Source: Macrostomum lignano (Eukaryota). From it: 64,000 bases of DNA. Shown piece by piece: positions 53,673-64,000 of the stretch (position 1 is the stretch's first letter; the number at the start of each line of letters is the position of its first letter). The stretch covers positions 124,001 through 188,000 of the forward strand of contig NIVC01000776.1 in the NCBI GenBank assembly GCA_002269645.1, given 5' to 3'. A program made the translations under genes and the position numbers. The notes beneath the pieces are model-generated. The model did not search any database. It was not told the origin of the DNA and worked only from the letters and a program-made list of their open reading frames with translations.

Positions 53673-54129
53673 CAGACAGGCAGGAACAACAATCCAGCCC
53701 ACGCACCTGCACATCCGGATTGATGCCCAGCAGGGTCCTCTTGGCGGCCTCCACCTTGCTGAGGCCGGCCTGGTGCGGCTGGAAGAACAGGCGGTTCATG
53801 TTGGCCATCTCCACCTTGTCGTAGTCGAACAGGATGAGGCGGCCGACGCCGCAGCGGGTGAGCATCTCGGCCGTGACGGAGCCGACCCCGCCGACGCCAA
53901 CAATGAGCACAGCCTGTTCGCGGATGCGCTCGTAGTTCTGCACAACGCCCATGCGCTGCAGCGCCATCAGCCGGCTGTAGGGATTCGAGTCCACGACCTC
54001 GGCGGACATTCGGTCGATTCGTTGGCGAGCGGAGGCTGGCTGGGCCTGGCGAAGTTCGGCCAGCTCGGACTCCAGCTCGGCTACTCGAGCTCGAAGCTGC
54101 TCCACATTGTTAGCATCAGTGGTTGCCAT
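52115..54129 (-). CDS. UBA5: Ubiquitin-like modifier-activating enzyme 5 (UFM1 E1), 2 exons, 407 aa
   Basis: Exons 53707-54129 and 52115-52915. Motifs [65 protein letters not shown], active-site [28 protein letters not shown]. Confidence 0.97.
52956..53680. repeat. (GACA)n microsatellite filling the UBA5 intron
   Basis: About 180 imperfect tetranucleotide units. Confidence 0.97.
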
Positions 54130-55144
54130 GGAAACGCGAAGTCTTGGATGGACTGGAGTGAAATACAATTTAGGTTAAGGTTTAGTAATAACAAATCGAT
54201 ACAGGACTGCTTGGCAAAATGCATATTCCTCAATATTATTCAATACAAACAGTGTAGTTTTAGCAGGCATTCTCAAAAAAAATTTTTCACCTTTGCCTTA
54301 TCAGACTTACACATGAATTTTCATGGGCAAGTGTTGAAATCATCTGATTGTTTCTATTGACAAGACATATGCACTCAAGTTCTCATTAGGTACAAGTGTT
54401 TAGTCTAAAAACAACACATTTAATAACAATGCCTATATTTTTAATAACAACATTGATTTTTACTCAAAGACAATTGATTTTTAATCGTTGCTTACTGACA
54501 TGGCCATGATTAAACTAAAACTTGCATGGAACTGGACCCTTTGCATTATCACTGGCTAGCTCTATGTCATCTCTTTCAAAAGTCACCCCTAGCATTTTTG
54601 TAGATGATTTTGCTGTACTTGTAGTCATAATAATATAGGTATGGTTTTTGCTACTTGTGCCATTGTGGGATCATAAATCATTGCTTGTGAGCTTGTCTGA
54701 CAGCCACCTGCAATTTAAATTAACATCTGCATCTACTTCCATAATATCGGAAAATATTCCATCTTCCACATTTTAGCAAACATTCTGTATCCACTCCTAT
54801 ATTTTAGTGGATGCCATAGTTTTCCATATAAAATTATTTTTCATTTAAATTTGCACTCATTTTAGCTGCAATATAATGGCTGGGCATCTACTTGCACCAA
54901 TAACAAAAATGATCTTTGATAGCTAAAGATGTATAACAGATTTGTGACCTTTGTGACACTTAATAATCTACAATACTTTTCTGCAATATGTTTAAACTAT
55001 CAAATGATTTAAAAAAATTATTGCAAGAAACTGCATTTATATTGCTAGATTAATTTCAGAGGTTGTGCATATATGATCCAAAGCACGATGTTCATGCTAC
55101 TTAAATAAATAGACTGACAAACTGCTACTAAGTGATAATATTTG

Positions 55145-56517
55145 GGCATTCTTTCATTTTACAATCTCTATTCCTAGGCACTTTTTTGTACAATCCCCAT
55201 GTAAAAGACATAGTCAAAGAATAGAAACCAGATGAAACAATATCCATGAGTCAAAGGCACTACATTAAGGGATTTTCAATTGATGTCTATTTGAAGTGGA
55301 GTTCAACCACAACAAGGCAATCAAACAAAGACACGACAAGATTCTTGGCAAGAGAGGGACGTATCTATATTCACTTTTGTTATATGATCATTTCAATGGA
55401 GGAAATGTATGCAAAGGGATCAGATAACAAAACTTGGGCTTTTCATCAATTTCATAATACTATCCCCCAAGCCCAAGTCAAAAATTTGTTTGCAGGGGAT
55501 TGTATATCAAAAATGAAATCAAGGTATCACACTTAATGTTATAGATGAAGTAAAGATAGTTCATTCATTATCTAATAATTCCATGCCTAACCCTCCCTCA
55601 ATTTCATTTTACGATCCCTTTATAGTACAGACAACATTGTTTCACGCTATTGAGGATCATATAACAAAAGTAAGGAAGGTTTAAAAAAAGAAAAAGGAGG
55701 GATGCCAAAAAATCATGACTTACTTTTGTGGAATCTCCATCAGGTAGCCTAGACAAGGGTTTAGACATGGTACACGATCCCCTGCAAACAAATTTTAAAC
55801 TTGGGGCACTTGTATTACAAAATAGATGAAAAGCCCAAGTTTAATTATCCAATCCCTTTCCATACATTTCCTCTATTTGAATGATTGTATAACAATAGTG
55901 AATATAAAGACATCCCTACTCTTTTCAAGAATTGTAGCTTACAATTAATTAGGGTAATTGTGCTTCAAATAGGGCTTATACTCCACTGATATGCAAACAA
56001 GGGTTCCTAGTCATTTTGTCATCTGCCATTTCATCATCTGGGTGTCTGGGGTGCTCACTTTGACTATGGTCACTTCGCCATCTTAATTAACATACACTAC
56101 CTAAAGAGAGTCATTTTGTCATCTACCAATCATATTAGTTCCAACTTCAAGTGAATTATTGTGGCAATTAAATATATTTACTTGGAATCCTAATGATCCC
56201 AGTCATTTTGTCATCTCAATTAATAAAACCTGTCAATCAATCGGTTCTGCTTGCCACAGTTATTAAACAAAAAATAGTTTACACTAACTCAAATCACGCA
56301 CAGATTGATTGGTTGATGACGAAGTATCCAGCATAACTAAATATTTGGTCACTTCGTCATATTATTTTTCAAGCTACTTTGCTTCTGGTCACTTCAACAT
56401 CCGATATCTGACCAGTGACGGCAAACAAGACTCCTATCTTTTACATAGGGGATTGTATAACAAAAGTGCCATGTTCTGTAGGATGAATGTAATGGGATTG
56501 TAAAACAAAAGAATGCC
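55145..56517. mobile_element. Non-autonomous DNA transposon with GG-ended TIRs and perfect 8-bp TSD (Merlin-like), copy 2
   Basis: GGCATTCTTTCATTTTACAATC at 55145 and GATTGTAAAACAAAAGAATGCC ending at 56517; TSD AATATTTG at 55137-55144 and 56518-56525; same internal motif as 33079-34903. Confidence 0.88.
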
Positions 56518-58211
56518 AATATTTGATATCTTAGTAGACCTATACCATGGCTATATGTCAATCTAAGGAAATAATTGTTTTAACCTATTGTATTTTTCTA
56601 TCTAGGTCTATGCTAGGTATGCAGCAACAATTTAAATGTTATAAATAGTAGAAAAACGAATTATTAGTTAACTATTTACCAGCAAATGAAAAACTTATTA
56701 TTTGCTTCTCTCTTAATAATCTTCTAATTTGGGTCTTTTATCTAATCTAAAGGCTAAAATTTGGTGAGCAAGATTTTCAACCCGAAATTAAATATTCAAT
56801 ACACTACAGTATGTGTACAAAGGAAATTAATTGAATGATTTTAAATGATGATAAATGCGCAATACTATATATAGTAGTAGAAGTATTAATTTATTATGGA
56901 ATGGATTGGCGGATTGGGTAAGATTAGGATTTCCCTTTTGGGCTTTTGTCATTCTTGAATTGTGAATTTTTTGTTCAATAAAAGTAACAAAAATAATATT
57001 CAATATTAACAGTAATAATAATGAAATAATAATATCTTACTGATATAGATAATAATAAGTGGAGCTGAGCTTAGAGCTTTAATATGGTTGCGCATGCACA
57101 TGCACGCATGCAGGAGCTTTTTTGCAGAAAAAATTAAATTAAAAAATTAAAAAATCTTAAGTAAAATTAACAAACGTTTTGTATGCTTAGTAAACATCTA
57201 AGTAACTAAGTGAAAACAACAAATGTGACATAAAATGAAAATTAGTTATTAGTTATGTTATTTATGTAGCCGTGGTTTTCTGCTCTTGAGAATGTACTGT
57301 ATCCATAGATACGCGAAAATATGAAATATATAATTTTTCTTATCTGGTCGATTTTAGACTTTTCATAGGTGTTCGCTGTATTAGTTGTTTTTCTAATACA
57401 ACTTGCAGGAGTTTCAGAAATTTTTCATAGAGCTTTTTGGACTTGTATGATTCTTATGTAAATTATGGCGTCCATCATTTCCATCAGCATATTTTAGTTT
57501 CACCATCAGATAATGGACATTCGTACAGTTGCATACAACTATATTTAGCTAAAGCTTTAACTTTGAAAGACCGTTAAATTGAAAGGATAATACTATATAC
57601 GAAGCTTTGATACGAAGCAATACTATATATCGAAGCTTTTAAATCCTGAATTTTATTGTGCTTGAACTTTTGGAATAATTTGAAACATTATTTTGAGTGA
57701 TGCTCAATAACACTGTTATTTTATTATCAACTGGAATATGAGCCTTTGTACCTTGATTATCTGGTATTATATTTATACTATTTAGTTAAAATATTTAATT
57801 ATTATTCAGTATAATCAGTTTCACTAAGGAAAACTAAGTAGTTGTAACAAACTGACTAGGAAAAAAGAATAATAAACTTACAAACTATTTTTGTCACATG
57901 CCTCTTATTTCTGAATACCATTATTTTGATTTCTAAAATTATTGCTGCCACTATTGATAACTGGTGATGCTGATTCCTAACTTTTCTAAGGTTTCCGCCT
58001 GATTTTCCCCTTTAGGTTCAGATTCTTATTTTCTGAAATGCACAACTCTCTCCTTTAGTGGTAGTTTTTCTGACAGAGAATAATCTCACAGAAAATTAAT
58101 GTTTAGTAAGTTCATTTCTAAACGGGTGACAAAATGTGTAACAAGTCTCGATAAGTTGTCTACAATATTATATTTATTTGAGAGACAAAGAATCCTACCA
58201 ACTTTCATGCA

Positions 58212-61200
58212 ATGTCCGAGGCGCAGAGTCAGAAAGGCTCGTCGAAGCCACAGACGCCCGCAACAGGGGCTGGCGACAAACAGCAGGACCTGGTGCCGCG
58301 AGAGTCCGACTTCACGGATAACAAGGCCTACCTGCTCACCGCTAGCAGCCAGAGTGGCATGAACTTGTAAGTTTTTTTACCGGGTTTCGAAATTTCTAAA
58401 GACAATTTACCAGGTAATACTCCGACTCTAATTAACCAACAACTCCACCTGACCGAATTCAAGGTACGACCATCTCATCGTCTGCCTGAAAAAGATCCTC
58501 GAGGAGAAGCCCAGCAATGTAGTGGACATCTTCGAAGACATCAGCAAGGAGGGCAAACGGGCGAGGTTCGCCTCCAACGTGGACACGGTGCAGAACCAGT
58601 ACGAGCGAACTACCGAGGTGGCCAAGGCCGAAGTGCAGCGGCATCTGTTTGAGGTGAGCACTGTAGCATACAGTTGCCTATCGGTGTACTTTCTAGCCAG
58701 GAGGAAATTAAAAAGCATTGAATTCCAAACCAATGCATCTTCAGCCAACCCAGGGCGATGAAGATGAGGAAGAGATGGATTCGGCGCTGCCCAACCTGTG
58801 GCAGACCGCCTATCTGTTCGAGCAGGGAGGAGTCGGTAAGCGAAGGAAGCTCTCAGGAGATAAATTATGGGTTTTAGATCTTCCATAGCAACCGCTGGAG
58901 CTTTTGACAATTCAATGCTCTCCTGCAAACTCCCAAACTCAGGCCTGGACGCTGAGGAGACCTACCGCCTGTGGCTGGCTCTCAAAGAGCTGGAGAAGCA
59001 GCACAGCTTCGAGCAGCTGCGCTTCTGGGGCAAAATCCTCGGCACTGAGGGTGGCTATTACATCGCTGAGGGTCTGCTCAAGCAGGATGAGATAGACGCC
59101 ATCGTCGAGGAGGAGGCGAAGGCCGCGGCAGCCACCGCCAGCAGTGCCGACGGCAGCAAGCCGGAACAAGCCGGGGCCGACTCCGCCGCTGACGCTGAAG
59201 CCGCTGGCGACGCCGACGAGGAGCCGCCGGAGGACCCGATCCCCAAGCCGGACTTCAAGACGCCGCCGGTGGTGCCACGCGAAGACGCCGGCTCCGGCGT
59301 CAACCGGTTTGTGTACTTTGTCTGCTCGGAGCCCGGCCGGCCCTGGACCCGCCTGCCCAGCGTGACCCCGGCGCAGATCCAGGCTGCCCGCAAGGTGAAG
59401 AAGTTCTTCACCGGCCGCCTTGACGCCCCTGTGGTCACCTACCCGCCGTTTCCCGGCAACGAGGCCAACTACCTGCGCGCTCAGGTCTGCCGGATCTCAG
59501 CCGGCACCATCATCTCGCCGCAGGTGAGTGCAATGTTGTGCTAGCAAAATTTGGAACGAGTCAATGCTGTGGTCAAAGTTAAATCTCAAAGTTGTAAAAC
59601 CATAAGAGAGCGTCTACTGACGAGTAGCGAGGAAAGAGAATTAAGCGATTCCCTTATAGCCAGCTGATGTAAGAAAAACTGTTGGGCACCGGGCAGTTTA
59701 ATAGAACATTAACTGTTTCCCGGCGGGTCCTGGCTCAGAAGACCAGCTGACAGCGGGCTAGGAGCTCAGAAATGTTTACTTCAGGTAATCAGGCTTACCT
59801 GGTCTGGACTACCCTTCCCAAATGCTTACCCTCACCGAAACTGCAGGGCTTTTACATGTTCGACGAAGAGGAGGAAGAGGATGAGGAGGGCGGCGGCCGC
59901 GACAACTTCGTGGAGAACCCGGAGTTCGAGCCGATGCCGGTGCGGGAGCTCATCGACCCCAGCCTGTCCAGCTGGGTGCACCATGTGCAGCACGTCCTGC
60001 CGCAGGGCCGCACCCGCTGGTGGAATCCGGCGCAGAAGCGGGACGACGATTCCGTTGACGACGAGGATGAAGAGGAGAAGGAGGAGATGGACGAGCCGCA
60101 GCCGGAGGAGGGCCCACCGCTGCTGACGCCGCTGTCCGAGGACGCGGAGGTTGACGGCAACCAGCCGTGGACGGCGCGGCTCTCGTCGCAGCTGCTGCCG
60201 CAGTTCTCGGTTGCCGTCCTGTCCTCCAACCTGTGGCCGGGCGCGTACGCGGTGGCCCAAGGCAGGTGCGAGTCGCGGCGAGAGATGACTGGGGAGAAGA
60301 GAGAAAGGGGAGAATTAGGAACAGGAGAGGGGAGAATTAGGGACATGAGAGGGGAGAATTAGGGACATGAGAGGGGAGAATTAGGGACATGAGAGGGGAG
60401 GGACAGGAGAGGGGAGAATTAGGGACATGAGAGGGGAGAATTAGGGACATGAGAGGGGAGAATTAGGGACATGAGAGGGGAGGGACAGGAGAGGGGAGAA
60501 TTAGGGACATGAGAGGGGAGAATTAGGGGCATGAGAGGCGAGGGACATGAGAGGCGAGAGACAGGAGAGGGGAGAATTAGGGACATGAGAGGCTAGGGAC
60601 AGGAGAGGGGAGAATTAGGGACATGAAAGGCGAGGGACAGGAGAGGGGAGAATTAGGGACATGAGACGGGAGAATTAGGGACATGAGAGGGGAGAATTAG
60701 GGACATGAGAGGCTAGGGACAGGAGAGGGGAGAATTAGGGACATGAAAGGCGAGGGACAGGAGAGGGGAGAATTAGGGACATGAGACGGGAGAATTAGGG
60801 ACATGAGAGGGGAGAATAAGGGACATGAGAGGCTAGGGACAGGAGAGGGGAGAATTAGGGACATGAGAGGGGAGAATTAGGAACAGGAGAGGGGAGAATT
60901 AGGAACAGGAGAGGGGAGAATTAGGCACATGAGAGGGGAGAATTAGGGACATGAGACGGGAGAATTAGGGACATGAGAGGGGAGAATTAGGGACATGAGA
61001 GGCTAGGGACAGGAGAGGGGAGAATTAGGGACATGAAAGGCGAGGGACAGGAGAGGGGAGAATTAGGGACATGAGACGGGAGAATTAGGGACATGAGAGG
61101 GGAGAATAAGGGACATGAGAGGCTAGGGACAGGAGAGGGGAGAATTAGGGACATGAGAGGGGAGAATTAGGAACAGGAGAGGGGAGAATTAGGAACAGGA

Positions 61201-62587
61201 GAGGGAGAATTAGGCACATGAGAGGGGAGAATTAGGAACAGGAGAGGGGAGAATTAGGAACAGGAGAGGGGAGAATTAGGAACAGGAGAGTGGCGAATTA
61301 GGGACAGGAGAGGGAAGAATTAGGGACAGGAGAGGGGAGAATTAGGGACAGGTGAGGGGAGAATTAGGGACAGGAGAGGGAAGAATTAGGGACAGGAGAG
61401 GGGAGAATTAGGGACAGGTGAGGGGAGAATTAGGGACAGGAGAGTGGCGAATTAGCGACAGGAGAGGGGAGAATTAGGGACAGGAGAGGGGAGAATTAGG
61501 GACAGGAGAGGGGAGAATTAGGAACAGGAGAGGGGAGAATTAGGAACAGGAGAGGGGAGAATTAGGAACAGGAGAGGGGAGAATTAGGAACAGGAGAGGG
61601 GAGAATTAGGAACAGGAGAGGGGAGAATTAGGAACATGAGAGGGGAGAATTAGGAACAGGAGAGTGGTGAATTAGGGACATGAAAGGGGAGAATTAGGAA
61701 CAGGAGAGTGGTGAATTAGGGACATGAAAGGGGAGAATTAGGAACAGGAGAGGGGAGAATTAGGAACATGAGAGGGGAGAATTAGGAACAGGAGAGGGGA
61801 GAATTAGGGACAGGTGAGGGGAGAATTAGGAACAGGAGAGGGTAGAATTAGGAACAGGAGAGGGGAGAATTAGGAACAGGAGAGGGGAGAATTAGGAACA
61901 GGAGAGGGGAGAATTAGGAACAGGAGAGGGGAGAATTAGGAACATGAGAGGGGAGAATTAGGAACATGAGAGGGGAGAATTAGGAACAGGAGAGTGGTGA
62001 ATTAGGGACATGAAAGGGGAGAATTAGGAACAGGAGAGGAGAGAATTAGGAACATGAGAGGGGAGAATTAGGAACAGGAGAGGGGAGAATTAGGGACAGG
62101 TGAGGGGAGAATTAGGAACAGGAGAGGGTAGAATTAGGAACATGAGAGGGGAGAATTAGGAACATGAGAGGCATTATTTTTGCAGCAGAACCAAGTAGCC
62201 TCTGTGACTAAATAAAAAGCGATCGCAGAAAGGGAAAATAAGAGAGAGAAGAAAGGGAGGCAGGGAAAAGGGAGAGAAGAGAAAGGAACCGGAAAGGCAC
62301 AGGAGCTGAGAAGTGAGCCGGAGAAGTCGCAGCCCAGTCCCGCCCATGCCCGCAGTCTATTCGAGAACGTGTACATCGGCTGGGGCCACAAGTACGCCAC
62401 CGAGAACTACAGCCCACCGCCGCCGCCGCCAGTGCTGCTGGAGTTCCCCAGCGGGCCGGAGATCACCGAGACGGAGGACCCGACGCCCGAGGAGGAGGCG
62501 GCGCTGAAGGCGGCCCTGGCCGAGGCCGAGGAGGGCGCCGAGGAGGGCGCGGGCGAGGAGGAGGAGGACGAGGAGGAGGACGACTGA
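58212..62587 (+). CDS. RSPH4A: Radial spoke head protein 4/6 homolog, 6 exons, about 552 aa
   Basis: Exons 58212-58366, 58464-58653, 58754-58835, 58943-59523, 59847-60265, 62356-62587. Motifs KAYLL...[15 protein letters not shown]...[64 protein letters not shown]; acidic tail. RSPH4A versus RSPH6A cannot be resolved. Confidence 0.95.
60290..62170. repeat. 22-bp purine-rich minisatellite, about 85 copies, last RSPH4 intron
   Basis: Unit GAGAGGGGAGAATTAGG(G/A)ACA(T/G), with higher-order blocks. Confidence 0.96.
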
Positions 62588-62983
62588 GCAGGCGGCGTCC
62601 GACTGGCTGATTGCGCAACCGTGTCCTGCAACTGCTCCCTGCTTTGTTTTCTATTTTTTGCGCGACATTTCCGTCTGTTTTTTTGTCTGTAGATTTCTGT
62701 GCTGCCGTTTGGCCTGCCGCTTCGAAGTGAAACTTGGCGGTCAAATTTAAAATTGACTGGTTTAGACAGACTTGTTATACTAAGGTCAATATTGTATTGT
62801 TTGTTTGTAACACTATGATCTACCTTTGATGACTTGTTTATGAAAGCTGTTACGAAAAAAATAATATTCAAAGGAATCTTTGGGAACTCGGATCGAAAGC
62901 TCCATTTTTAAAACAAAAAATACAGAGCCATGTGTTTCTGCTCAGCTACTCAGTTCAGTAGAGAATATAGAGTTTTCACAGTC

Positions 62984-63237
62984 TGGCCTCATTTGATGGC
63001 GGTGTGAACGAGCAACAAATTGGAAAACTTGCATCACACTCCTCTAAACCCCAGCCCAGTCATTCTTCTCAGTATATGTCAGTTGATTGCAGTTTAAACG
63101 CTTGCGATCACTCGTAAAAGTCAGTAGTTGATGTCGTGAAAAACTGAGATGATTGTCAAAGATTCGTTCATCATAACTGAAATTTTGTGATCACTCGAAA
63201 ATTATGGCCTCATTTGATGGCGGTGTGAACGAGCAAC
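62984..63237. repeat. 33-bp direct repeat (TGGCCTCATTTGATGGCGGTGTGAACGAGCAAC) at 62984 and 63205; related copy at 708-733
   Basis: Exact 33-bp match 221 bp apart; the 26-nt version near 708 has 2 mismatches. Confidence 0.8.
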
Positions 63238-63520
63238 GAACAAGCACGTTTGAGAAAACTATTTTGTGCTCTGAATTCAAAACCAGTGTACAGTCTGTAT
63301 CAGAGTACAAAGGCAAGCGCTCTTGTTGATATAACTGGTGCGAGCTAACAAAAAACCTAGCATATTAATTACACTTTTTGATCGTCTTTTTCCTGGTACT
63401 TCAATTGTCAGGGTGCTGAAGGTCGCGTATAGAACAGGATTTTCTTGGACCTTGTTTACCAGGGGTTCCAGCGGCAACCAACAGGCGCTGTTTTTTCACG
63501 CTTGCTCATTTCGCTTATGT

Positions 63521-64000
63521 TAGGGGTCGGCAAACTTTTTTACCCCAAGGGCCAGATAGAGAACCTTGAGCATGACTGCGGTTCGGAGGAAGGAGATGAG
63601 AGGGAATAAAAAAGAAAGGATATAGGAAAAGGGAGAGGTTAGGGAAGGAGCAAAGAGGAGACGATAGGAGAGAAGATGAATTAGGCTAGGAGAGTAGAAA
63701 AGAGAAGAGAGAGGGAGAGTAGGAAGAAGAGAGAAGAGGAGAGAGGAGAGGAGAGAGGAGAGGAGAGAGGAGAGGAGAGAGGAGAGGAGAGAGGAGAGGA
63801 GAGAGGAGAGAAGAGAGGAGAGGAGAGAGGAGAGGAGAGGAGAGGAGAGAGGAGAGGAGAGAGGAGAGGAGAGAGGAGAGAAGAGAGGAGAGGAGAGAGG
63901 AGAGGAGAGAGGAGAGGAGAGAGGAGAGAAGAAGAGAGGAGAAAATAGCGCTGAGAAGAGACAAACATCGAGCGGGCCGGATTGCTATTGTGCAGTTTAA
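63521..64000 (+). mobile_element. Left part of a hAT (Charlie-like) non-autonomous element with an expanded (GGAGA)n core; runs off the window
   Basis: Begins TAGGGGTCGGCAAACTTTTT...AGGGCCAGAT (typical hAT-Charlie end); homologous to 17076-17358. Confidence 0.7.

Noticed and set aside
54400-55100. Possible decayed transposase on the minus strand upstream of UBA5
   Set aside because: Short open stretches with stops and no motif I could assign.

Overview
Eukaryotic (metazoan) genomic DNA with very GC-rich exons, AT-rich intergenic stretches and introns full of locus-specific minisatellites. This style suggests a flatworm such as Macrostomum, but that is an inference, not a match. Six protein-coding genes can be built by hand from splice signals: the first coding exon of a neuromedin-U/PRXamide-type GPCR (-, continuing off the left edge); a 22-exon full-length ABCA1-like transporter (+, about 2,400 aa, one apparent 1-nt frameshift); a DOT1L histone H3K79 methyltransferase (+, first exon unresolved); a four-exon gene that looks like a catalytically dead, domesticated MULE transposase (C2H2 + WRKY/GCM1-like + MULE core + SWIM; -); UBA5 (-); and a radial spoke head RSPH4/6 gene (+). 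Mobile DNA includes a 5'-truncated RTE-like LINE with a 13-bp TSD, a LOA-like LINE with RNase H, a decayed MULE transposase, two copies of a GG-ended 8-bp-TSD (Merlin-like) non-autonomous element (one carrying a nested CCCT-ended MITE), hAT- and Tc1/mariner-like MITEs, a CORE-SINE and a second tRNA-derived SINE family. The most notable observations are the candidate domesticated MULE gene, the one-intron-one-minisatellite architecture (several units carry the telomeric hexamer), and the nested transposon stack at 33-35 kb. No CRISPR array, rRNA or genuine tRNA gene is supported.
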